From a virus (taxonomy: Duplodnaviria; Heunggongvirae; Uroviricota; Caudoviricetes): a stretch of DNA of 10,967 nt. Positions 1 through 9,099 of this stretch are shown piece after piece. The notes under the pieces are model-generated. The model was given only the letters and a program-made list of their open reading frames with translations, ran no database searches and was not told the origin of the DNA. The stretch lies in the IMG/VR virus record IMGVR_UViG_2541047881_000003. One strand, 5' to 3'. Numbering within the stretch: position 1 is the stretch's first letter; every line of letters starts with the position of its first letter. The translations under genes were made by a program, and so were the position numbers.

Positions 1-1284
1 TTACAGACTTCTGGAAGGTTGCGCAGCTCTTACAACACGCGGTTGATCTTCCGCAGCGTCTTCCAGCGCACTTAAATCACGGTCTTTCACCTCTGGCATT
101 TTCAGCGCAGAGATTAAACCAATCACTGAATATGCCATGATCATAATGGCGATCGGATACCAGGATTCCGTCATGGTGCAGAAAATACCCGCCAGGATAG
201 GACCAAAACCGGAAGCGATAAGACCACCAATTTCTTTAGAAATAGCCATCCGGGTAAAGCGGTTTTTACAGCCGAACATTTCTGCCATGGTAATGTTTTC
301 CAGAGCAAATAATCCCAGCACCGCACAGTTATGAATCACAATCAGTGCAACCATAATGGTGCTCGGGGCATAGCTTTTATCTACAATGATAGAAAGCATT
401 GGCCATGCCAGCACAATCGCGGAGGTATTCATAATAATATACGGGATCCGGCGACCAATTTTATCGGATAACCAACCAAGGAACGGAATGGTCATAAAGC
501 CGAGAATCGAACTGATCATCAATGCATCTGTTGGAATTGCTTTGTTAAACAATAACGTCTGCACTAAATAGCCTGCAAGGAAAGTCTGAATTAACCCGGA
601 GTTACCCGCCTGACCAAAACGCAGCCCTGTTGCCAGCCAGAAGGATTTGCTCTGGAACATGCTACCAGCAGGTGCAGGTTTTGCTGTCGGTTGGTTACTG
701 TCGTTAACCTTCTCAAAGACCGGGCTTTCTTTCAGATTCATACGCAACCAGATAGCAAAGACCATCACGACAACGCTCGCCAGGAACGGTATACGCCATC
801 CCCACGCCAGCAGTTCCTCTTTACTGAGAATGAAGAACATAAAGGCCCAGATTGCCGTTGCGCTCAAGGTTCCGCAGTTAGTTCCCATAGCCACAAATGA
901 GGAGATAATTCCGCGCTTACCTTTTGGCGCATATTCCGCCAGCATCGTACCGGCACCGGAAATTTCCGCACCTGCACCCAACCCCTGAATAATACGCAAC
1001 GTCACCAGCAAGATGGGTGCAAAAACACCAATCTGTGCATAGGTCGGTAACACACCAATTAAGGTGGTACAGATCCCCATCATGGTGATGGTAATAAAGA
1101 GCACTTTTTTACGCCCTATTCTGTCGCCCATTTTGCCGAAAATAAATGCTCCGACAATACGCGCCACATAACCTGCACCGTAGGTTCCCATTGCCAGAAT
1201 TAACGCCATTGCCGTTGATGATTCAGGAAAAAATATTTCATGAAACACTAACGCTGCGCCGAGCGAATATAACTGGAAATCCAT
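1..1284 (-). CDS. ydfJ: MFS transporter of the metabolite:H+ symporter (MHS) family, YdfJ-like; appears N-terminally truncated relative to paralogs such as KgtP/ProP, consistent with a prophage insertion boundary near 1285
   Basis: 427-aa ORF with multiple hydrophobic helices and MHS-like motifs (GKMGDRIGRKK loop, WGWRIPF, LSDKIGRR); stop codon at 1..3; the protein begins directly in the region that aligns to the first TM helix of MHS transporters. Confidence 0.85.
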   Translation of the reverse strand: MDFQLYSLGAALVFHEIFFPESSTAMALILAMGTYGAGYVARIVGAFIFGKMGDRIGRKKVLFITITMMGICTTLIGVLPTYAQIGVFAPILLVTLRIIQGLGAGAEISGAGTMLAEYAPKGKRGIISSFVAMGTNCGTLSATAIWAFMFFILSKEELLAWGWRIPFLASVVVMVFAIWLRMNLKESPVFEKVNDSNQPTAKPAPAGSMFQSKSFWLATGLRFGQAGNSGLIQTFLAGYLVQTLLFNKAIPTDALMISSILGFMTIPFLGWLSDKIGRRIPYIIMNTSAIVLAWPMLSIIVDKSYAPSTIMVALIVIHNCAVLGLFALENITMAEMFGCKNRFTRMAISKEIGGLIASGFGPILAGIFCTMTESWYPIAIMIMAYSVIGLISALKMPEVKDRDLSALEDAAEDQPRVVRAAQPSRSL

Positions 1285-1886
1285 AATTCACAGGTGTTTT
1301 TTCCCATCCTGTGGTTTCCTTGGCGTTTTCTAGGTTTTTTCAGATAGTTGCATTTTTTTAAAAGCATCCTAAGTTCGATCTCAGTGTCTATCTGGGGCCT
1401 ATTTCTGTCCCATATATGCCCCAAAAAACTCCCCAACAGATAAGTAGTTTTTTCATGGATTTACGCGTAAAATCAATAACGGCTGGAAATCATTCAATAC
1501 TCGCACTATCGAAAAATTTACCAGCCAACCGCAGCACTTTCTTGCATAAGGCGTGTCTGCGGTTTTTCAACTATTCAGATACATCACTCCCATCACATTC
1601 ATTCCTCCGCATCAAAGGCATATAGGCTATATCACCTTGATATTTTTCTTCTTCAGATAAAAATTGTTATCTATGTATACTTTTAAACCCAATCCGTGTA
1701 GAGTCTCTGCATAAGATAGTTTGCAGTTGCCACTTCAGATTGCGCCATAAACCGCCTGATTTTTGCCGCCACCTGTTAGCATTCCTGTATACCTGAAACG
1801 ACAATGTTTATCTACGAACTTTAAGAACACCCAAGATAAAAATTGTCAACTATATCATATATAACACATTACTAATTCGAGGCTAT

Positions 1887-2000
1887 ATGAACAGCATACT
1901 GATAATCACTTCTCTCCTTATCATATTCAGCATTTTTAGTCATGCCCTAATAAAATTAGGGATTGGCATATCCAATAACCCAGACAAAACCGATGTATAA
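1887..2000 (+). CDS. hypothetical small hydrophobic peptide (37 aa, [37 protein letters not shown]), single predicted TM helix
   Basis: ATG preceded by GAGG (1879-1882); uninterrupted hydrophobic stretch then polar tail; lies 69 nt upstream of the ydfK start; not in the supplied ORF track (too short); rare ATA codons reduce confidence. Confidence 0.25.
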
Positions 2001-2068
2001 GTCAACATATCCTGAATCAGACATACAATATCGCAATGAAAATCAATAATATTTTAAGGAATATCTTC

Positions 2069-2302
2069 ATGAAATCAAAAGACACCCTAAAGTGGTTCCC
2101 TGCGCAGCTTCCTGAAGTAAGAATTATCCTAGGGGATGCTGTAGTGGAAGTAGCAAAACAGGGAAGACCTATCAATACCAGAACATTGCTTGATTACATT
2201 GAAGGAAACATAAAGAAAAAATCATGGCTGGATAACAAAGAATTATTACAAACAGCGATATCAGTTCTTAAAGACAACCAAAATTTAAATGGTAAAATGT
2301 AA
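2069..2302 (+). CDS. ydfK: YdfK/YnaE-family cold-shock-induced prophage protein (77 aa)
   Basis: ORF track frame 2036..2302; internal ATG at 2069 has SD AAGGA (2056-2060) at 8 nt spacing whereas ATG 2036 has none; position between ydfJ and the pin gene matches Qin gene order. Confidence 0.7.
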   Translation: MKSKDTLKWFPAQLPEVRIILGDAVVEVAKQGRPINTRTLLDYIEGNIKKKSWLDNKELLQTAISVLKDNQNLNGKM

Positions 2303-2618
2303 TATAACAAACTTACTTTTTTATCATTTTTCCACTTTAACAACATTTTGCTCCACTTTTCCACGACCAAACAAATTGAAATCTGGTTAAAATAACACGC
2401 AACACTATTCTTCTTCCTTGAGTCTGCCCGGAACTCGAAAAACAAACCGAGTTAAAGCCATTTTTCACAAAATCGATTTTGGGTCTCACCAAAATTACGG
2501 GGTTGCATACGCATTCGTTTATTTTCGAACGTGTACATACAAATATGCACAAAAATAATCAAAATTATTTTCTGAGATGCATTATGATATGAACACCAAT
2601 TTCGTATAGAGTCTCACT

Positions 2619-2785
2619 ATGTCTCGAATTTTTGCTTACTGTCGGATATCAACGCTGGATCAGACCACCGAAAATCAACGCCGGGAAATCGAAAGTGCAG
2701 GTTTTAAAATCAAACCTCAGCAAATAATCGAAGAACACATTAGCGGCTCAGCAGCAACCAGTGAGCGTCCTGGTTTTAACCGGTT
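2619..2785 (+). pseudogene. pinQ: Pin-type serine recombinase (DNA invertase) 5' fragment, about 55 codons, truncated by IS3
   Basis: N-terminus [29 protein letters not shown] carries the serine-recombinase catalytic motif (Y-x-R-[IV]-S-T-x-x-Q); the reading frame runs into the IS3 left inverted repeat at 2786 and stops inside it. Confidence 0.8.
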
Positions 2786-2841
2786 TGATCTTACCCAGCA
2801 ATAGTGGACACGCGGCTAAGTGAGTAAACTCTCAGTCAGAG

Positions 2842-3150
2842 GTGACTCACATGACAAAAACAGTATCAACCAGTAAAAAACCCCGTAAACAGCATTCGCC
2901 TGAATTTCGCAGTGAAGCCCTGAAGCTTGCTGAACGCATCGGTGTTACTGCCGCAGCCCGTGAACTCAGCCTGTATGAATCACAACTCTACAACTGGCGC
3001 AGTAAACAGCAAAATCAGCAGACGTCTTCTGAACGTGAACTGGAGATGTCTACCGAGATTGCACGTCTCAAACGCCAGCTGGCAGAACGGGATGAAGAGC
3101 TGGCTATCCTCCAAAAGGCCGCGACATACTTCGCGAAGCGCCTGAAATGA
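2842..3150 (+). CDS. insE: IS3 transposase OrfA (helix-turn-helix / leucine zipper)
   Basis: 102-aa [35 protein letters not shown]...; ends 4 nt after the orfB start; slippery A-AAA-G at 3113-3117. Confidence 0.9.
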
Positions 3151-4013
3151 AGTATGTCTTTATTGAAAAACATCAGGCTGAGTTCAGCATCAAAGCAATG
3201 TGCCGCGTGCTCCGGGTGGCCCGCAGCGGCTGGTATACGTGGTGTCAGCGGCGGACAAGGATAAGCACGCGTCAGCAGTTCCGCCAACACTGCGACAGCG
3301 TTGTCCTCGCGGCTTTTACCCGGTCAAAACAGCGTTACGGTGCCCCACGCCTGACGGATGAACTGCGTGCTCAGGGTTACCCCTTTAACGTAAAAACCGT
3401 GGCGGCAAGCCTGCGCCGTCAGGGACTGAGGGCAAAGGCCTCCCGGAAGTTCAGCCCGGTCAGCTACCGCGCACACGGCCTGCCTGTGTCAGAAAATCTG
3501 TTGGAGCAGGATTTTTACGCCAGTGGCCCGAACCAGAAGTGGGCAGGAGACATCACGTACTTACGTACAGATGAAGGCTGGCTGTATCTGGCAGTGGTCA
3601 TTGACCTGTGGTCACGTGCCGTTATTGGCTGGTCAATGTCGCCACGCATGACGGCGCAACTGGCCTGCGATGCCCTGCAGATGGCGCTGTGGCGGCGTAA
3701 GAGGCCCCGGAACGTTATCGTTCACACGGACCGTGGAGGCCAGTACTGTTCAGCAGATTATCAGGCGCAACTGAAGCGGCATAATCTGCGTGGAAGTATG
3801 AGCGCAAAAGGTTGCTGCTACGATAATGCCTGCGTGGAAAGCTTCTTTCATTCGCTGAAAGTGGAATGTATCCATGGAGAACACTTTATCAGCCGGGAAA
3901 TAATGCGGGCAACGGTGTTTAATTATATCGAATGTGATTACAATCGGTGGCGGCGGCACAGTTGGTGTGGCGGCCTCAGTCCGGAACAATTTGAAAACAA
4001 GAACCTCGCTTAG
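3147..4013 (+). CDS. insF: IS3 transposase OrfB (DDE catalytic domain); normally expressed as an OrfAB fusion by -1 frameshift
   Basis: 288-aa ORF in the -1 frame relative to orfA; IS3-family transposase sequence (…[33 protein letters not shown]…[10 protein letters not shown]…). Confidence 0.9.
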
Positions 4014-4174
4014 GCCTGTGTCCATATTACGTGGGTAGGATCAATTGTAAATTCACCTAATTACGAGGACATTGCAGTAGTTGAATTGCAGCTCTGTATT
4101 AGCCTGACAGTGACAGAATGCGATATTGACTCTGTCACAGGTGAAATAGTTTGAATGATTAGCAGTTATGGTGC

Positions 4175-4381
4175 TCAGTCAACCACCAGGGAATAATCCT
4201 TCGAATTCTTATCGTGCTTCACCAACGCTGCCTCAATTGCCCTGAATGCTTCCAGAGACACCTGATGTTCTATACATGCAATTACAACATCCGGGTAACT
4301 CATAGAAATGGTGCTATTAAGCATATTTTTTACACGAATCAGATCCAACGAGAGTTCATCAGCAGATTGTTCTTTATTCAT
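4175..4381 (-). CDS. ynfO: hypothetical small acidic prophage protein (68 aa), YnfO-like by position
   Basis: ORF with GGAG 7 nt upstream of ATG at 4381; sits upstream of and divergent from the ydfO-like gene as in Qin; symbol assigned by synteny, not by sequence recall. Confidence 0.55.
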   Translation of the reverse strand: MNKEQSADELSLDLIRVKNMLNSTISMSYPDVVIACIEHQVSLEAFRAIEAALVKHDKNSKDYSLVVD

Positions 4382-4681
4382 TTTGTCGCTCCATGCGTTT
4401 GCTCGTCATCTAGCGGTTAAAATATTACTTCAAATCTTACTGCATAAAAGAGGAAAAGTATGAAAGTTTGAGTACATCGACCTTACATACATCTGTCGGT
4501 TGCATATCCCTCCTGGATGCCAGCAAGGCTCAATTTTGTTACGCAATCAACACTATTCATCAAAAACAGGCTTAATATTTGACATAAATCATCAACAAAA
4601 CACAAAGAGGTCAGACCAGATTGAAACAATAAACACGATAATGCTAACTACGCGCCATCGTATCACATGGAAGGTTTACCA

Positions 4682-5092
4682 ATGGCTCAGGCTGCCATTT
4701 TTAAAGAAATATTCGATCAAGTGCGTAAAGATTTAAACTGTGAATTATTTTATTCTGAGCTAAAACGTCACAATGTCTCACTTTATATTTACTATTTAGC
4801 CACAGATAATATTCACATTGTGTTAGAAAACGACAACATAGTGTTAGTAAAAGGACTCAAAAAGGTTGTAAATGTTAAATTCTCCAGAAACAAACATCTT
4901 ATAGAGACCTCCTATAATAAGTTGAAATCAAAAGAAATCACATTTCAACAATACAGGGAAAATCTTGCTAAAGCAGGAGTTTTCCGATGGGTTACAAATA
5001 TCCAGGAACACCAAAGATATTACTATGCCTTTGATAACTCATTACTATTTACTGAAAGCATCCAGAAAACTACACAGATCTTACCACGCTAA
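4682..5092 (+). CDS. ydfO: hypothetical prophage protein, YdfO/YbcV-like (136 aa)
   Basis: ORF track frame 4667..5092; ATG at 4682 is preferred because GGAAGG (4669-4674) sits 7 nt upstream; followed by gnsB on the opposite strand as in Qin. Confidence 0.6.
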   Translation: MAQAAIFKEIFDQVRKDLNCELFYSELKRHNVSLYIYYLATDNIHIVLENDNIVLVKGLKKVVNVKFSRNKHLIETSYNKLKSKEITFQQYRENLAKAGVFRWVTNIQEHQRYYYAFDNSLLFTESIQKTTQILPR

Positions 5093-5243
5093 ACCATAAC
5101 GTCCGGCTTCTCTCACTCCTGAGCCGGACTGCATTGGTTTAATAAAAACCATCAACAATTGTGATTTAGATATTCGGAACCATTCAAATATAACAAAACC
5201 CCGTAAAAACGAGGTTTATGGATAAATTTTATTATTGAATACA

Positions 5244-5417
5244 TCAGATTAAATTAATCTTGACATCATAGCTTTCAAGACCCGTCATTTTTTCCCGTGC
5301 GGTAAACTGAATACTGGTAACTTCTTTCCCGGTCTTTTTCTTAAGTTCAATAATTTTTTTTGTTATATATTCAGAAATATCTGCTTCTGCTTTTGTTTTT
5401 AAGTTTTCAATATTCAT
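5244..5417 (-). CDS. gnsB: GnsA/GnsB-family small protein (57 aa)
   Basis: Manual translation of the minus strand gives MNIENLKTKAEADISEYITKKIIELKKKTGKEVTSIQFTAREKMTGLESYDVKINLI, closely resembling GnsA/GnsB (…TGKEV…FTAREKMTGLESYDVKI…); SD AGAGGAA upstream; absent from the ORF track because of length. Confidence 0.8.
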   Translation of the reverse strand: MNIENLKTKAEADISEYITKKIIELKKKTGKEVTSIQFTAREKMTGLESYDVKINLI

Positions 5418-5588
5418 CATTTCCTCTTTTAGTCTGTTATGACTTTCCAGTTACACAGTAAGTCGATTATATGGTGCAAACGTGTAAAAGATAAGATGAA
5501 ACATCGCAATAATCAACATACGATAGTCTAAATTTTACACAAACAGACAAAGAGAATTTTCCTGAATTATCAATACAATAGCATCAAA

Positions 5589-5819
5589 TCAACTCAAGAG
5601 CCTTATTGCTGCTTCCAGAATTTCTTCTGAAGTAACATGTCGATCCGCGGCTACATAAATGACTTTATGATCTCCGGTCAGAGATGGAAACCCTGCGGCC
5701 ATTACAGTAAGGTGTGTTTTTTCGCCATTTGGATATTCACGCATGATGGTGTTAACTCCAGTCATCGCTGGCACTACCACTGCTGGTTCAGAGTTAAAAA
5801 AAACTATGATTTTTTTCAT
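5589..5819 (-). CDS. ynfN: hypothetical prophage protein (76 aa), YnfN-like by position
   Basis: ORF track frame 5589..5861 starts on a TTG; first ATG at 5819 (MKKIIVFFNSEP…) taken as start; lies between gnsB and cspI as in Qin. Confidence 0.55.
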   Translation of the reverse strand: MKKIIVFFNSEPAVVVPAMTGVNTIMREYPNGEKTHLTVMAAGFPSLTGDHKVIYVAADRHVTSEEILEAAIRLLS

Positions 5820-5861
5820 GATGTTACCGTAGTATGTGAGTATCCATCGAATAGATACCAA

Positions 5862-5886
5862 GCAAAAAAGCTCCCGAAGGAGCCTT
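5862..5886 (-). terminator. intrinsic terminator on the minus strand (GGCUCC-UUCG-GGAGCU hairpin followed by UUUUUU), downstream of cspI
   Basis: GC stem with UUCG tetraloop and U-tract read directly on the minus strand; the plus-strand reading also has a downstream T-rich run. Confidence 0.6.
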
Positions 5887-6090
5887 CATTTTCACTTTTT
5901 TAAATCCAACGACAGACGGCTGGCATTTAAGTATTGTGAAATATTATCAAATGTAATCATCATTGATTTACAAAAGATACATTTTGCCCCGAAAGGATTC
6001 ATGTCAGAAACATCAAAAGATGATGTTCTATACTGGGAACCATGACAACACGGGCATCTAAAGTGAATATGGTTTGTAATATTGTCTACC

Positions 6091-6303
6091 TCAAAGCGCC
6101 ACTACATGAACAGCGGCAGGACCTTTAGGTCCGTTCTCAATACCAAATTCAACTTCCTGATTCTCAGTTAATGTTTTGAAATCGTTGCTCTGAATTGCTG
6201 AGAAATGGACAAACACATCTTTGCTGCCATCTTTCGGCGTGATGAAACCAAAACCTTTTTCAGGGTTAAACCATTTCACTAAACCAGTCATTTTGTTAGA
6301 CAT
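6091..6303 (-). CDS. cspI: cold shock protein, CspA family (70 aa)
   Basis: [38 protein letters not shown]… with RNP1 (KGFGFI) and RNP2 (VFVHF) motifs; C-terminal half matches CspI rather than CspA/CspB; long AT-rich leader upstream (6304-6665). Confidence 0.9.
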   Translation of the reverse strand: MSNKMTGLVKWFNPEKGFGFITPKDGSKDVFVHFSAIQSNDFKTLTENQEVEFGIENGPKGPAAVHVVAL

Positions 6304-6665
6304 AATTATTACCTTTTGAAGAAATTAGCCCTTGGGCAGAATGGTCCGAAAAAAAATATCAGAGAGAAAAACCAACAAGGAAATCTCAAGAGGTACAAAT
6401 AATAAAATTATAACAATGACTGCTTCAGATAAATTTGTAACAAACCAGAACACCATTAACGCATGATTAACCACCCATAGCAAGGATTACTTTTGTAAAG
6501 AAAAACACAGCAATGAAAGAATAGCTTTATTTATTAATAAAACGTGTCATTCTGATTAAGACCTTTTATCTTACCCTTAAGATTTCAGGAATTTTGGCTC
6601 ATGGAAGAGTCCTTTTTATTTAAATTTTACATTCCGCGATGTAAATGTTCCGATTTAATATTACC

Positions 6666-7689
<1,024 letters not shown>

Positions 7690-7693
<4 letters not shown>

Positions 7694-8001
7694 ATATATT
7701 TATGATGAGGACGCTCGTGCTTATTGGCAGGATTTTCAATCTTAAAGGAGTACTGATGCTGCAGATAAGACTCAACTTTTTCTGACAATTTTTCTGCTAC
7801 TTCCAGGAAGACTTGCCGGACGCTCCTTCTGGCTGCTGCCTCATAAAACTCCAGCGCAGCTCCTTCAACACGGTCCATGGCGACATCCAGGTCAAAAATT
7901 TCACCGTCAAAGCGTTCCTTGTCCTGTAAGGCTACAGTTACCGTAACTTTATTCTCAAAATTACGGACTCCTTTCACAACCAGTTCATAGTCTTGAGTCA
8001 T
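7690..8001 (-). CDS. ydfR: YdfR-like prophage protein of unknown function (103 aa), between holin and endolysin
   Basis: ORF with strong SD (GAGGAGAG) upstream of ATG 8001; translationally coupled to the endolysin; position matches Qin order rrrQ-ydfR-essQ. Confidence 0.7.
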
Positions 8002-8005
8002 TGGA

Positions 8006-8221
8006 TTACTCTCCTCTCGCAGCCTTACGCCTGTCTTCTTTAATCTTGAAATAAAGATTTGTCAGATACGTCAGCAGGCCAAAAACCAGGCTACCCAGCA
8101 CACCGATTGCAGCCCACTGTGACGGAGTTACTTTATCGAGTAACTGTAATGCCCAGAAACCAGCATTACCCGCCGATGTGCCATAGGCAACACCTGTTGT
8201 TAACTTATCCATTGATTTCAT
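8006..8221 (-). CDS. essQ: class II holin, phage 21 S-like pinholin with dual-start motif (71 aa)
   Basis: [71 protein letters not shown]: two TM segments, Met1-Lys2-x-Met4 dual start, charged C-terminus; the ORF-track extension to 8299 is not used. Confidence 0.85.
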   Translation of the reverse strand: MKSMDKLTTGVAYGTSAGNAGFWALQLLDKVTPSQWAAIGVLGSLVFGLLTYLTNLYFKIKEDRRKAARGE

Positions 8222-8441
8222 ATCCTCACCCCGATGTACACGGATGGTGCAATATGTTTGAAAAAGATCGGAGTCTACGGGGTAGTTTTGACAGCACACG
8301 TTGTTCTCAACGGCGCTAAAGAAACATACACATTAAAAATGTGAGTAATTATTTTGAAAGAAAGTCATATATAAAATAATAATACGAGAAATGTTTTCAT
8401 ATTTAGTGTACTGTATACGGCCATTTATACAGGAAAAGCCT

Positions 8442-8612
8442 ATGTCAGAACGTAAAGACTCAAAATCACGCCGTAATTATCTCGTTAAATGTTCCTGCCC
8501 AAACTGCACCCAAGAGTCAGAACACAGTTTTTCAAGAGTACAAAAAGGTGCCCTTTTGATCTGCCCTCATTGCAACAAAGTATTCCAGACAAATCTTAAA
8601 GCTGTAGCCTGA
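8442..8612 (+). CDS. ynfU: small zinc-ribbon protein (56 aa) with CxCPNC…CPHC motif; possibly YnfU-like
   Basis: ORF track frame 8391..8612; ATG 8442 has AGGA 7 nt upstream; four-cysteine Cys-x2-Cys…Cys-x2-Cys arrangement; symbol is a tentative recollection. Confidence 0.45.
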   Translation: MSERKDSKSRRNYLVKCSCPNCTQESEHSFSRVQKGALLICPHCNKVFQTNLKAVA

Positions 8613-8670
8613 TTGATTTTATTAGTAACAAGTATTTTTTATATTTTAATAATATATTTAAAGCAGATAA

Positions 8671-8694
8671 TAAAAAACCCGCCTGTGCGGGTTT
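8671..8694 (-). terminator. intrinsic terminator (ACCCGC-CUGU-GCGGGU hairpin with U6 on the minus strand); weaker on the plus strand downstream of the zinc-ribbon ORF
   Basis: Inverted repeat cccgc/gcggg with 4-nt loop, flanked by an A-run on the plus strand (T-run on minus). Confidence 0.55.
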
Positions 8695-9035
8695 GAGATT
8701 GTGGTGCTTTTTGTGGGAGTCATCCACTTACGCACTTTGTTTTGCGATGCCAGCAGTTAGCTTCTGCTGTGAAACTATTCATGCAGCAAACCTGCACTTC
8801 ACCACAATGGTTAGCATACTTTTCCTGATTAAGATTTTGCCAAATATGCTAGCCATTGTTTCATGTATTGGACCTCCTTACTTTTTATTAAAGAGATCCA
8901 ATATTCACTACTCTGTCCGTATCTCTACTCAGGCATCAGCCTTCTTCGTTATCGTATACAGACGAGCGATGAATTTTAATCAGTAATGATGACATTTGCT
9001 GCTGCAGGACCTTTAGCACCACTCTCTATAGAGAA

Positions 9036-9044
9036 GGTAACCTT
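9036..9044. repeat. IS1 target-site duplication, left copy (GGTAACCTT)
   Basis: Identical 9-mer immediately flanks both IS1 ends. Confidence 0.85.
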
Positions 9045-9099
9045 GGTGATGCTGCCAACTTACTGATTTAGTGTATGATGGTGTTTTTGAGGTGCTCCA

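Larger units (their letters stand above)
2786..4043 (+). mobile_element. IS3: IS3 insertion sequence, complete (1258 bp), terminal inverted repeats TGATCTTACCCA... / ...GTGGGTAGGATCA
   Basis: Ends recognised from the sequence; length is exactly the canonical 1258 bp; contains orfA/orfB in -1 frame arrangement; flanking 3 bp differ (GTT left, ATT right), so no clean target duplication. Confidence 0.9.

Noticed and set aside
137-988. Plus-strand ORFs 137..334, 386..571, 647..988 and 691..900
   Set aside because: All are antisense to the well-supported ydfJ transporter ORF, have no SD and have compositionally biased translations; treated as frame artefacts.
1248-1625. ORFs 1248..1436 (-) and 1416..1625 (+) in the ydfJ-ydfK spacer
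   Set aside because: No ribosome-binding sites, low-complexity translations and overlap with the probable prophage junction/promoter region.
2036-2068. Upstream start (ATG 2036) for ydfK
   Set aside because: No SD before 2036, whereas ATG 2069 has AAGGA at good spacing; the shorter product is preferred.
2194-2552. Minus-strand ORFs 2194..2445 and 2337..2552
   Set aside because: Overlap ydfK in antisense and the AT-rich spacer; no SD; likely spurious.
2440-2618. Possible invertase recombination (hix/gix-like) site upstream of the pin fragment
   Set aside because: Only weak AAACC…GAGTT partial matches, with no convincing 26-bp imperfect palindrome around an AAACC-N-GGTTT core; cannot be supported by eye.
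2927-4025. Alternative-frame ORFs inside IS3 (2927..3145 +, 3015..3290 -, 3750..4025 -)
   Set aside because: Lie within or antisense to the established IS3 orfA/orfB frames.
4214-4736. ORFs 4214..4420 (+) and 4500..4736 (+)
   Set aside because: The first is antisense to the ynfO-like gene; the second lies in the intergenic/promoter region, overlaps the ydfO-like start, and has no SD.
5637-6045. ORFs 5637..5903 (+) and 5836..6045 (+)
   Set aside because: Antisense to the ynfN-like gene and spanning the cspI terminator hairpin; no SD.
8059-8319. ORF 8059..8319 (+) and the N-terminal extension of the holin ORF to 8299
   Set aside because: The plus ORF is antisense to the holin; the holin extension lacks an SD, whereas the MKSM dual-start at 8221 matches the pinholin family.
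8693-8986. ORF 8693..8986 (+)
   Set aside because: Begins inside the terminator hairpin, overlaps the cspB 3' end in antisense, and has no SD.
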